DNA of 64,000 nucleotides from the NCBI GenBank assembly GCA_965219085.1, contig OZ244720.1, forward strand, positions 960,001 to 1,024,000, read 5' to 3'. The DNA comes from Dehalococcoidia bacterium (GTDB taxonomy: Bacteria > Chloroflexota > Dehalococcoidia > UBA2979). This document shows positions 1 through 8,266 of the stretch, piece by piece. The notes under the pieces are model-generated. The model ran no database searches. It was given only the letters and a program-made list of their open reading frames with translations, and was not told where the DNA came from. The stretch's first letter is position 1, and the number at the start of each line of letters is the position of its first letter. The translations under genes were made by a program, and so were the position numbers.

Positions 1-1575
1 CGCCTCGCGTAGCAGCCGGAACACGGACTGCGTGATCGGCAGGTTGCGCTCCACCAGCGAACCCGAGCAGCCGACCCAGTAGAGGTACTCCTGCGTCCCG
101 TCGAAGATCGGGACGTCCTCGAAGCCGTCCATCCACGACTCGCGGGTGAGCGTGGTGCCGCGCCAGGGGTGGCCGCGCTGCTCGATGTTCTCGAGGGCGC
201 TCTGCGCCGCCGGGGGCACGCGCGCCTCGTTCATGACCAGGTAGCGGCGCATGTCGACGATGGTCGGGACGTGCTCGATCATCACCGGGCACTCCTGCAT
301 GCAGGCGCCGCAGGTGCGGCACGCCCACAGCGTCTCGTCCTTGATCACGTCACCGACCATCTCGATGGGTGAGACGGTGCGGACGTCGCCGTTGTCGTGC
401 CCCGCGGTCTGGAGGTCCGGACCCACCGAGGCGAGGTGCGCCTTCAGGTCCTGGATGAGGTGCATCGGCGATAGCGGCTGCCCCGCCAAGTCGGCCGGGC
501 AAACCTCGGTGCAGCGCCCGCAGCGCACACACGCGTCGAGTTCGAACAGCTGCTTCCAGGTGAAGTCCTGGATCTGCCCGACGCCGAACACCTCCTGCTC
601 CTCGATGTTCTCGATGGTGGCGAGGCGGCCAGGCTTGTCGGTGCGGAGGAGGAAGGCGTTCACCGGCGCGAACAGCATGTGGTCGAGCCGCGTGAAGACC
701 AGCATCCCGAGCCAGCCGAACGCGAGCAGGATGTGGCCCCACCACGCCCACGTGTGGGCGGTGAGCATATGGCCCTGCGTGGGACTGAAGATCCCGAGGA
801 ACTCGGCAATGCCCCACGACACGAACGACCAGCGCGCCCACTCCGGATGCGCCTCCAGGACCGTCCCGTCCTCCAGCACGAAGCCGTGCAGCTCCGTGGT
901 GTAGATGCGGAACGACTCCACGAGGAAGCCGGAGACCAGGATCAGCCCGAGCCCCACGATGATCGCGTGATCCTCGATGCGCTCATCCCAGCGGATGCGG
1001 TGGAAATCGTCGAAGTAGCGGCGGTACAGCGCCATCCCGACGCCGATCAGCCCGATCAGGCCGAACAGGTCGCCGTAGAACGAGAAGAACAGGTAGTACC
1101 AGCCGTGGAGGAAGTCGAGCGCCGTGTCGTCATCGATCGCCACCTGTGCGGTAACGAACGTGAGGACGATGATCGAGGAGAAGATGCAGAAGTGCATGAT
1201 CCCCGCGTAGCGGTCGCGGCGGATCTTCTCCTGCCCGATGCCCAGGCGCATCACGTTGCGCACCCGCACCGGGATCTCGCGCAGGATCCCCGGCGTCGGC
1301 TTGCCGATCGCCCACAGGGTGGCGTGGCGGCCGAAGCCGTAGACGAGGAGGCCGACGAGCCCGGCCAGCAGGATGTACACCGCCCACGGCTGGGCGACGT
1401 TGAAGAACACCTGCCGGTGGGCGTCGGTACGCTCCAGCTCGAAGGCGGAGATGAGCCCCAGGCCCGTCAGCCCGACGGCCGGACCCCACCACGCGCCAAC
1501 CAGGCGTGTACGCCTGAGTCGCCCGCCTGATGAGGCGGGCGACTCAGCACTTCTCTCGCGCTCGGATACGCTCAT
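1..1575 (-). CDS. FadF/HdrD-like membrane-bound Fe-S oxidoreductase (3' end runs off the window)
   Basis: Hand-translated from ATG 1575 (SD GAGGGG). N-terminal TM helices, two 4Fe-4S motifs (DACVRCGRCTEVCP; WACRTCGACMQECP) and the start of a CCG domain (YLYWVGC). Absent from the ORF track because it has no stop in the window. Confidence 0.85.
   Translation of the reverse strand, partial: MSVSERERSAESPASSGGRLRRTRLVGAWWGPAVGLTGLGLISAFELERTDAHRQVFFNVAQPWAVYILLAGLVGLLVYGFGRHATLWAIGKPTPGILREIPVRVRNVMRLGIGQEKIRRDRYAGIMHFCIFSSIIVLTFVTAQVAIDDDTALDFLHGWYYLFFSFYGDLFGLIGLIGVGMALYRRYFDDFHRIRWDERIEDHAIIVGLGLILVSGFLVESFRIYTTELHGFVLEDGTVLEAHPEWARWSFVSWGIAEFLGIFSPTQGHMLTAHTWAWWGHILLAFGWLGMLVFTRLDHMLFAPVNAFLLRTDKPGRLATIENIEEQEVFGVGQIQDFTWKQLFELDACVRCGRCTEVCPADLAGQPLSPMHLIQDLKAHLASVGPDLQTAGHDNGDVRTVSPIEMVGDVIKDETLWACRTCGACMQECPVMIEHVPTIVDMRRYLVMNEARVPPAAQSALENIEQRGHPWRGTTLTRESWMDGFEDVPIFDGTQEYLYWVGCSGSLVERNLPITQSVFRLLREA
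1514..1547. repeat. Perfect 15-bp inverted repeat inside the FadF-like 5' coding region
   Basis: CTGAGTCGCCCGCCT-gatg-AGGCGGGCGACTCAG. Confidence 0.9.
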
Positions 1576-1647
1576 ACGGTTCCCCTCACGGTCGCGCGCG
1601 AGCGTATCACCAGTGCGCTTTCCGGGCTCGCCTCCACGCGTCCGGTC

Positions 1648-3219
1648 TTACGACGCGGCCGGCGTCTGCGCGCCCCAGCGGTCGCGGATGTCGTTCTTGA
1701 GCAGCTTGCCCAGGTGGTTGCGCGGCAGCTCCTCCGAGATCCACTCGTACTGCGAGGGCGCCTTGTAGGAGGCCAGCCGACTCTTGACGAACGCCGTGAG
1801 GTCCTCGTCGGAGGGCTTGTCGGCGTCCCCGCCGACGACCACGGCCTTCACGATCTCGCCCCAGTCAATGTCGGGCACGCCGATCACGGCCACGTCCTCG
1901 ATCCCCGGGTGCTCCTCGAGGATGCTCTCGACCTCGCCGGGCGAGATGTTCTCGCCGCCACGGATGATGAGGTCCTTGAGCCGCCCCGTGATGAACAGGT
2001 AGTTGTCGGGGTCCAGGTAGCCCGCGTCGCCGGTGTGCAGCCAGCCGTCGACGACGGCCGAGGCGGTCTCCTCCTCGCGCTTCTGGTACTCACGCATGAT
2101 GCGGTCGCCGCGGATGCAGATCTCACCCTCTTCGCCGGGCACCTGCATCGAGCCGTCCACCTTGAGGATGCCGACCTCGAGGTCCGGCATCGGCCGGCCG
2201 ACCGAGCGCAGGCGCTTGATCTTGAGCTCGTTCTCCTCGGGCGTACCGTCCAGGCGGTGGTCGTCCGGCCCGAGGTAGCTCATCGTCGAGGTCGACTCGG
2301 TCTGGCCGTAGGCGTTCATCAGCCCGCACTCGAAAGTGTCCATGGCCTGGCGCACGACCTCGAACGGCATCGGCGCCGCGCCATAGGTGATGAGCTGCAG
2401 CGACGAGATGTCGTAGTTGCCGAAGTCGTCCGCTTCCATGACGCGCTTGAGCATCGTCGGCACCACGAAGGCGTGGGTGACGCCTTCGCGCTCGACGGTG
2501 TCGAGCCAGGCCGAGGGGTCGAACTGCGGCAGGATCGCGAGCTTCCGGCCGGCCCATATCGAGCCGAGCATCGTCGTCGCGCCGGCGACGTGGAAGAACG
2601 GCACCGAGACCATCGTCACGTCCGGGTCTGCGGTCGGGTCGACCGGGTTCTGGGTGTTCACGACGTAGGCGGTGAGCGTCTTGTGCGTGAGCACGACGCC
2701 CTTCGGCAGCGCCGTCGTGCCCGAGGTGTAGATCACCATCGCGGGATCGTCGTCGTCGACATCGGTGTAGAACGGAGTGTCCTCGCCGGTGTCGCGCAAC
2801 TCCTCGATGGTCTGCAGCCCGTCCACCTCGAAGCCGAGCGTGTAGACGTTCTCGATCTTGGGCAAGGAGGGGCGAATCTCCTGCAGGATCGGGTAGTAGC
2901 GCTCGGAGAGGAAGAAGACGTTCACGTCCGAGGCGTCCGCCATGTACTGCAGCTCGTCGGTCTTCGCGCGGAAGCTGAGCGGCACGAACGTGGCGCCGAC
3001 GGCGGCGGTCGCGTAGTAGAGCTCGACGAAGTTGCAGGAGTTGACCGCCATGATGCCGACGTTGGCGCCCTTGCCGACGCCGATCGACGACAGCGCGTGC
3101 GCCAGCTTGTTCACCCGCGATTGCAATTCCATGTAGGTGAGGGCGTCGTCCGGATCGCTGACGGCGACGCGGTCCGGCACCATCGAGCCGGCGATCGTGA
3201 GAATGTCCGCAGTGTTCAT
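1648..3219 (-). CDS. Long-chain acyl-CoA ligase (FadD-like AMP-binding enzyme)
   Basis: Motifs YTSGTTALPKG, YGQTE, GWLHTGD, GRLKDLIIRGGENI and GKLLK; ATG 3219 follows SD GAGGGG. Confidence 0.9.
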   Translation of the reverse strand: MNTADILTIAGSMVPDRVAVSDPDDALTYMELQSRVNKLAHALSSIGVGKGANVGIMAVNSCNFVELYYATAAVGATFVPLSFRAKTDELQYMADASDVNVFFLSERYYPILQEIRPSLPKIENVYTLGFEVDGLQTIEELRDTGEDTPFYTDVDDDDPAMVIYTSGTTALPKGVVLTHKTLTAYVVNTQNPVDPTADPDVTMVSVPFFHVAGATTMLGSIWAGRKLAILPQFDPSAWLDTVEREGVTHAFVVPTMLKRVMEADDFGNYDISSLQLITYGAAPMPFEVVRQAMDTFECGLMNAYGQTESTSTMSYLGPDDHRLDGTPEENELKIKRLRSVGRPMPDLEVGILKVDGSMQVPGEEGEICIRGDRIMREYQKREEETASAVVDGWLHTGDAGYLDPDNYLFITGRLKDLIIRGGENISPGEVESILEEHPGIEDVAVIGVPDIDWGEIVKAVVVGGDADKPSDEDLTAFVKSRLASYKAPSQYEWISEELPRNHLGKLLKNDIRDRWGAQTPAAS

Positions 3220-3458
3220 GCCTGCACCCCTCTTCCGCGGCCGGCACTGTGTGCCGGCCGGGCTTGTTTCCCCGGGCGCGGCTGAGCCCGCGCCCTCATC
3301 TACGCTTCCCGTACGAGCGAGGCCGTTTGCCTTCCCCGCCACCTCCTGTGCGGCGCGCGAGTACCCGACCCGGTGCGCACCGAGGCGCGCTCAATATAAA
3401 GACGACGCGCCGCTGCTGCCAGAACCCTCAGGGCTGTTTACATCAGCGCGGTTCGTGC

Positions 3459-3487
3459 TTGTGATAACGAGTCAGACGTGTTATATG
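3459..3487 (+). promoter_or_regulatory. Possible sigma70-type promoter directly upstream of the structured RNA
   Basis: TTGTGA-17 bp-TATATG with TG extension, in an AT-rich patch; imperfect -10. Confidence 0.35.
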
Positions 3488-3489
3488 TA

Positions 3490-3593
3490 CAGGGACACGG
3501 TCGCTCCGGTGCGTACGGTACCATACCGAAGCGGTACTGTGTGACGGAGAGGGGTGAAACCCCTCGGACGGCAGTCTAAATCCTGTGTCCCTG
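3490..3593 (+). ncRNA. Unidentified structured RNA candidate (four-way junction)
   Basis: Closing stem CAGGGACACGG/CTGTGTCCCTG; long arm CTCCG..CGTACGGTACC/GGTACTGTGTG..CGGAG with several G-U pairs; hairpins GAGGGG-TGAAA-CCCCTC and GGAC-GGCA-GTCT (GNRA loop). Confidence 0.5.
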
Positions 3594-3630
3594 CCCGCGC
3601 AGCGTCCCCAACAACGGAGCGGCCCTGATC

Positions 3631-4011
3631 ATGCGTGATCGGGGCCGCTCGCTGTTCAGGATCGCGCTCCGCCTGCTCTGGCACCTCGCCCCTGTGCTCT
3701 TCGTGGGCGCCTACGCGCTGTTCATGTCCACGGGGCCGGCGGAGCGGTGGATTGTGGTGATCGCCCTCATCCTCGCCATCCAGGGCGCAGGTCTGCTGTA
3801 CAGATGGAAGTGGAGGGACAGCTCGCTACCACCGCCGAAACGGACCCTCAGGGACGCTCTGCTGATGGTCGTGATCGGGTTGAGTCTGGTGTTCTTGTTC
3901 ACTCCGGGCGGGCTCATGGCGAAGTACGCAGCCTCTGGTGCCTACGCGACAGTCGTGATCGGCCTGGTACTCATTGCCCGGCGGGTCACCGACTGGGAGT
4001 GGCTCAACTGA
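3631..4011 (+). CDS. Small hypothetical membrane protein (about 4 TM helices)
   Basis: 126-aa ORF with four hydrophobic segments; weak GGAG SD. Confidence 0.65.
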   Translation: MRDRGRSLFRIALRLLWHLAPVLFVGAYALFMSTGPAERWIVVIALILAIQGAGLLYRWKWRDSSLPPPKRTLRDALLMVVIGLSLVFLFTPGGLMAKYAASGAYATVVIGLVLIARRVTDWEWLN

Positions 4012-4121
4012 ATGGCTGACCCGGGGTGGCACTGTTCGCACCCGAGGGCTGGCGCCCTCCAGCCAGGAAAGGGCAGAGCGTCAGACCGGAAATGACCGGA
4101 CCGGAGGTCAGGGTAACCTGA

Positions 4122-4196
4122 TGCACTCAGCCGGATTCGAACCTGCGACCTCCGAGGTGAGTAAGACCGGCGCTCTGTCCACTGAGCTACCACGGC
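4122..4196 (-). pseudogene. Degenerate tRNA-like element (tRNA-Val TAC-like)
   Basis: GCCGTGG-TA-GCTC-AGTGGACA-GAGC-G-CCGGT-CTTACTC-ACC(TC)GG-AGGTC-GCAGG-TTCGAAT-CCGGC. D arm and T loop are canonical; 2-nt insertion in the anticodon stem; no complementary 3' acceptor strand or CCA. Confidence 0.7.
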
Positions 4197-4221
4197 GCCC
4201 TGTCCACTGAGCCACCACGCC
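4169..4221. repeat. 25-bp-period tandem duplication of the 5' part (D arm) of the tRNA-like element
   Basis: ggcgctctgtccactgagctaccacggc vs ggcgccctgtccactgagccaccacgcc (3 mismatches in 28 nt). Confidence 0.85.
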
Positions 4222-4291
4222 GGAGCCGGGAGCTTCAACAAGTGCCTGGTGCGCACAATCGCAAGCCAGCGATTTGAATGTAAACACGCCC

Positions 4292-4813
4292 CTAGCGTTC
4301 GCGCTCAGCTTCAGCGAGGTTTGACCGCCCGATCACCTCGACCTCGACGATGCGTTTGCCCTGCTCGTTGGTGGGTGGAGGCCGCGTGATGTGGAACGTG
4401 CGCAGCGGCTGGCTCGTGCGCTCCAGCGCGTCACCGGTGAGATACCACACCGCCTGCGAACAGCTGTCCGTGAGCACGCCCGGCCGCCCCAGCGGGTTCT
4501 GTGAGGCGCCCCGCTCGTCCTCGGGATCGAGGTCGACGACACACCCCGTCCCAACCGGCGAGATCGCGTCGATCGCGCGCAGGTTCTTCGCGCCCTCGGC
4601 CTCGTCGAGGGCGATGACGAAGATGCGCGCCTGCGGGAACCAGCGCGGCTCGCCCACCTCGTAGTCCTCGATGGGCCCGGCGTCGAACAGGAAGACCTCG
4701 AAATCCGGGCGGTTACAAGCGCCGTAGAACACCGCGCCGATGGCCGCGACGCTCACGAACACCAGCGCCACGAGGCCGATCGGCCAGCCGCGCCGCGGAG
4801 GTCGCCGGCTCAT
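4292..4813 (-). CDS. Membrane-anchored Rieske-fold protein lacking the 2Fe-2S ligands
   Basis: ATG 4813 overlaps the upstream stop (ATGA). N-terminal RR plus TM helix; Rieske-like context AIDAISPVGTGCVV...LTDSCSQAVWYLTG...QPLRTFHI. Confidence 0.65.
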   Translation of the reverse strand: MSRRPPRRGWPIGLVALVFVSVAAIGAVFYGACNRPDFEVFLFDAGPIEDYEVGEPRWFPQARIFVIALDEAEGAKNLRAIDAISPVGTGCVVDLDPEDERGASQNPLGRPGVLTDSCSQAVWYLTGDALERTSQPLRTFHITRPPPTNEQGKRIVEVEVIGRSNLAEAERER

Positions 4814-5532
4814 GCCGCCGCCGCGACGCTCGCAGCGAGCCGCCGTTCGAGCGCGATGCCGTCGGCGAGGGGCAGGTCGAGGCCGCGCACGACCGCGCGC
4901 TTCGTCGCGCGCGTCGCCTTCGGGTCGCGCGCCGCAAGCAGCTCCGCCCACTCCTCGGCGGCGGCGTCGAGTTGCTCGCGCGGGACGACGCGCTGCACGA
5001 AGCCGAGCTCGTACGCGCGCTGTGCGGGGATCGGGTCGCCTGTCGTCGCCATCCGCAGCGCCTGGCCGAGCGGCACGTGGCGCGGCACGGTCTGTGTTCC
5101 GCCGGCCGACGGGATGTAGCCGAGCGTGACCTCCGGGATGGCGAACCGGGCGTCCTCGGCGGCCACGCGCAGGTCGCAGTACAGCGACATCTCCAGCCCG
5201 GCGCCGTAGGCGAAGCCATGCACGGCGGCGATGAGCGGGATCTCGAGCGTCGACATCACGCCCCACAGGTCGCGGCGCACGCGTGCGTCACGCGCCTCGA
5301 TGAACGAGGGGGCCGTGCCGAAGTCGGTGATGTCGGCGCCCGCGGAGAATGCCCGGTCACCGGCGCCGCGAAGCACGGCGACCCGCACGGTGGGGTCGTC
5401 GCGCAGCAGTTCCAGGTGCATCCACAGCTGGTCGCGCATCTCCAGATGCACGGCGTTGAGCCGCTCGGGGCGGTTCAGCGTCAGCCAGACGGCGTCGCCG
5501 CGACGCTCCGCGATGACGAACGGCTCGGCCAT
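4810..5532 (-). CDS. Enoyl-CoA hydratase/isomerase family protein
   Basis: LTLNRPERLNA, AFSAGAD, GAGLEM, FAIPEV (both catalytic Glu present). Confidence 0.9.
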   Translation of the reverse strand: MAEPFVIAERRGDAVWLTLNRPERLNAVHLEMRDQLWMHLELLRDDPTVRVAVLRGAGDRAFSAGADITDFGTAPSFIEARDARVRRDLWGVMSTLEIPLIAAVHGFAYGAGLEMSLYCDLRVAAEDARFAIPEVTLGYIPSAGGTQTVPRHVPLGQALRMATTGDPIPAQRAYELGFVQRVVPREQLDAAAEEWAELLAARDPKATRATKRAVVRGLDLPLADGIALERRLAASVAAAA

Positions 5533-5543
5533 GGGGTGCGCGC

Positions 5544-5780
5544 CTACACCCAGTCCGGCTTCTGGATGCCGCTCTTCTGACTGTGGTCGTGCGTGCGCTG
5601 CACCTCTTCGTTGATCTTCTCGGCCAGCCGCGCCATCTCGTCCGACCGGGGTGTGAGGTGCTCGTTGCGCCAGCGGCGGACCGCCGCCGCGTCGCCCCGG
5701 CTGAACTCCTGATCGCTCAGGCCGTCGAGGACCGAGTTGGCCATGGCCAGCACTTCTTCGATCGTGAACTGGACTTTCAT
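5544..5780 (-). CDS. Small hypothetical protein (78 aa), paralog of the adjacent ORF
   Basis: ATG 5780 is coupled to the upstream TGA; MKVQFTIEEV...AVRRWRNE...KPDWV. Confidence 0.75.
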   Translation of the reverse strand: MKVQFTIEEVLAMANSVLDGLSDQEFSRGDAAAVRRWRNEHLTPRSDEMARLAEKINEEVQRTHDHSQKSGIQKPDWV

Positions 5781-6046
5781 CAGCTCCACCGCTCCCTGGC
5801 AGTCTCCCGCTCGAAGCGCCCGCCGCGCATGGTGCGGCGCAGGGTCGAGTCGTCGATGTAGTCCATCAACTGGTTGTTGAACTGGGCCGTGAAGTCGTCG
5901 AGCTCGCCGGAGCCCGGCCCGCGATCGCTGCGCCACGTGCGGATCGCCTCCTGCGCCTCCTCGCTCAGTTCGAGGCTGTCGAGCAACCGCGACGTGACGA
6001 GGCCGATCACGACGTTGACCTCGCCGGGGTTGAGCATGACGTTCAT
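5780..6046 (-). CDS. Small hypothetical protein (88 aa), paralog of the adjacent ORF
   Basis: MNVMLNPGEV...AIRTWRSD...; typical GC3-biased codons; in operon. Confidence 0.75.
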   Translation of the reverse strand: MNVMLNPGEVNVVIGLVTSRLLDSLELSEEAQEAIRTWRSDRGPGSGELDDFTAQFNNQLMDYIDDSTLRRTMRGGRFERETARERWS

Positions 6047-6134
6047 CGGCTCTGACCTGCCTGTTCCACGCTGACTTCCCTCCGATGGCTCCTGGCGGCG
6101 CTGCCGCCGCTCCTGGTGTCTCGTTGTTCGGGGG

Positions 6135-6896
6135 CTATTCCCCCGTGAACTCCGGATCTCGCCGCTCGACGAACGCGCTCACACCCTCGGCGCGGTCGGC
6201 GGTGGTCTGCAGCAGCACCGTCAACTCGAGCTCGAGCCGCAACGCCTCGGCCAGCGGCACCTCGATACCGCGCTTGATCGCCTCCTTCGCGAAGCGCGTC
6301 GCCAGCGGCCCGCGCGCCGCGATCGCCTCCGCGACGGCCCTTGCAGCGTCGTCCAGCTCAGCCGCTGGCGCCACCTCGGATACGAGGCCGATGCGCAGCG
6401 CCTCGGCCGCGTCAATCATCTCGCCTGTGAGCAGCAGGCGCAGCGCCTGGGCGCGGCCCACGGCGCGCGGCAGCCGTTGTGTGCCGCCGCCACGCGGCAC
6501 CAGACCGCTGCCGGTCTCCGGCATCGCGAACGTGGCGTCATCGGCCGCGATGCGGATATCGCACGCGAGCGCGAGCTCGAGCCCCGCCGAGTGCGCCTCG
6601 CCGCGGATCGCCGCGATCGTCGGCTGCGGCACGTCGGCCAGCGCGTCGAAGCCCGCGCCGATGGGCCCGAGGATGTCGCGCAGCATGGCGTCGTCCTCGA
6701 TCGCGGCGGGGTCCCAGCCGCTCCCGAAGCCCGCGCCGGCGGTGGCGACGACGACCACGCGCACCTCCGGGTGGCTCGCGGTGAGCTCCGCGGCGGCTGC
6801 GGTGAGCCCCTCGCTGAGCGCGCGATCGTAGCCGCCGGACGGCGGGTCGACGGTGAGGGTGGCGATGGGGCCGGTGGTGTCGAGTGTGATGGACAT
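6135..6896 (-). CDS. Enoyl-CoA hydratase/isomerase family protein
   Basis: GLELALACDIRIA, FAMPET, GGTQRLPR, C-terminal DRAEGVSAFVERRDPEF. Confidence 0.9.
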   Translation of the reverse strand: MSITLDTTGPIATLTVDPPSGGYDRALSEGLTAAAAELTASHPEVRVVVVATAGAGFGSGWDPAAIEDDAMLRDILGPIGAGFDALADVPQPTIAAIRGEAHSAGLELALACDIRIAADDATFAMPETGSGLVPRGGGTQRLPRAVGRAQALRLLLTGEMIDAAEALRIGLVSEVAPAAELDDAARAVAEAIAARGPLATRFAKEAIKRGIEVPLAEALRLELELTVLLQTTADRAEGVSAFVERRDPEFTGE

Positions 6897-7034
6897 ACGC
6901 CGAGGATCGTACGGACGCGCGATCGAGGGCGTCAATGCACACGCCCGCGGGACCACAGCCGCGAGCCCGTCCCGTGCGTGGTCGCTGGACGCGATAGGCT
7001 ATCGCTGCGAGGATCGCGGCCGGATGGAGCGACC

Positions 7035-7799
7035 ATGGACCTTGAGCTTGCCGGACGTTCGGTCATCGTCACCGGCGCGAGCCGCGGCATCGGCCTGTCG
7101 ATCGCCGAGGCGTTCGCCGCCGAGGGCGCGCGGCTGACGATCTGCGCCCGCGGCGCCGATGGCCTCGAGGCCGCTCGCGCGCGGCTCGCCGAGGGCGGCG
7201 CGGACGTGATCGGCGTGCAGGCCGACATCATGGACGAGGGCGACTGCGCCCGCGTCGTCGACGCGGCGGTCGAGGCCTACGGGGGCGTCGACGCGCTGGT
7301 GAACAACGCCGGCGGCCGCGCCGGTGAGGGCGGCGCCGAGGCGGTGCTGCGCGGAACCATCGAGGCCAACGCGGTGTCGGCGTTCCGGCTCGCGGAGCTG
7401 GCGAGGCCGCACCTCGCGGCGGCGCCGAACGGCGGGGCGATCGTCAACATCTCGTCGATCTACGGTCGCGAGAGCGGCGGCGGCGTGGCGTACAACGCCG
7501 GCAAGGCGGCGCAGATCGCGATCTCGAAGGCGCTCTCGCGCGAGTGGATCGCGGACGGGATCCGCGTCAACAGCGTCGCGCCCGGCTCGATCGCGTTCGA
7601 GGGTGGCTCGTGGGGCCGCCGTCTGCGCGACGACCCGGACGGGATGGCGCGCTTCATTAGGCAGGAGATTCCCGGCGGCCGCTTCGGCCGCCCTCAGGAG
7701 GTGGCGGCGGTGGTGGTGTTCCTCGCCTCGCCGCGCGCCTCGTGGGTGCTCGGCGCGACGGTCAACGTCGACGGCGGGCAGTCGCGGTCGAACATCTAG
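7035..7799 (+). CDS. SDR family oxidoreductase
   Basis: TGASRGIG, NNAG, YNAGK catalytic motif; SD GGAG before ATG 7035. Confidence 0.9.
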   Translation: MDLELAGRSVIVTGASRGIGLSIAEAFAAEGARLTICARGADGLEAARARLAEGGADVIGVQADIMDEGDCARVVDAAVEAYGGVDALVNNAGGRAGEGGAEAVLRGTIEANAVSAFRLAELARPHLAAAPNGGAIVNISSIYGRESGGGVAYNAGKAAQIAISKALSREWIADGIRVNSVAPGSIAFEGGSWGRRLRDDPDGMARFIRQEIPGGRFGRPQEVAAVVVFLASPRASWVLGATVNVDGGQSRSNI

Positions 7800-7845
7800 G
7801 GCTGCCCCTCGCGGGTGTACCTCGCGGGGGTACAGGGAGGAAGCA

Positions 7846-8256
7846 ATGCGGTTCACACGCGCGGATCTGCCGGGCATCCTGATCGCGGTCCTGGCCGGGC
7901 CGCTGCTGATGCTGCTGTTCCTGGCGGCGTTCGAGGCGTGGGGCCACCGTGGCACGCCGCTGCTCGGCGGGATGGGCTCCAATCTCGGCATCGCCGTCGG
8001 CCTCGCCGCCGTCTTCTCGCGGTTCATCCGCAAGTGGGACTGGCCGCTCGCCTTCGTCGGCGTGATCCTCATCTCCATCGCCTCGGTCTACTGGGCGCAG
8101 CAGAGCGGCAACGACGGCACGAAGATCGCCACGGCGCTGAAGTGGCTCGGCGTGATCGGCTTCGTCGGCCTCAACATCGCCGTCGTCTGGCAGATCCTCA
8201 TCAACGGCATCTGGCCGCTCGTCGAGCGCTTCGAGGCGCGGCGCGCCGCCGACTAG
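7846..8256 (+). CDS. Hypothetical membrane protein (4 TM)
   Basis: SD GGAGG, ATG 7846; hydrophobic helices; strong GC3 bias. Confidence 0.8.
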   Translation: MRFTRADLPGILIAVLAGPLLMLLFLAAFEAWGHRGTPLLGGMGSNLGIAVGLAAVFSRFIRKWDWPLAFVGVILISIASVYWAQQSGNDGTKIATALKWLGVIGFVGLNIAVVWQILINGIWPLVERFEARRAAD

Positions 8257-8266
8257 CGCTCACTAC

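Noticed and set aside
3490-3593. Hammerhead/HDV ribozyme, SAM-I, ZTP or c-di-GMP riboswitch, tRNA-Pyl or retron ncRNA
   Set aside because: Only partial word matches (GAAAC..GTC, CTAAATCC). The required cores (CUGAnGA, GCAACC, pseudoknots, cloverleaf) are missing and no reverse transcriptase is nearby.
4014-4132. Theta/HDV-like ribozyme or SRP RNA after the tRNA-like element
   Set aside because: Could not build the nested double pseudoknot; the SRP GGAA/AGCAG internal-loop motif is absent.
4122-4196. Functional tRNA-Val
   Set aside because: The acceptor stem does not pair, there is no CCA, and the anticodon stem has an insertion.
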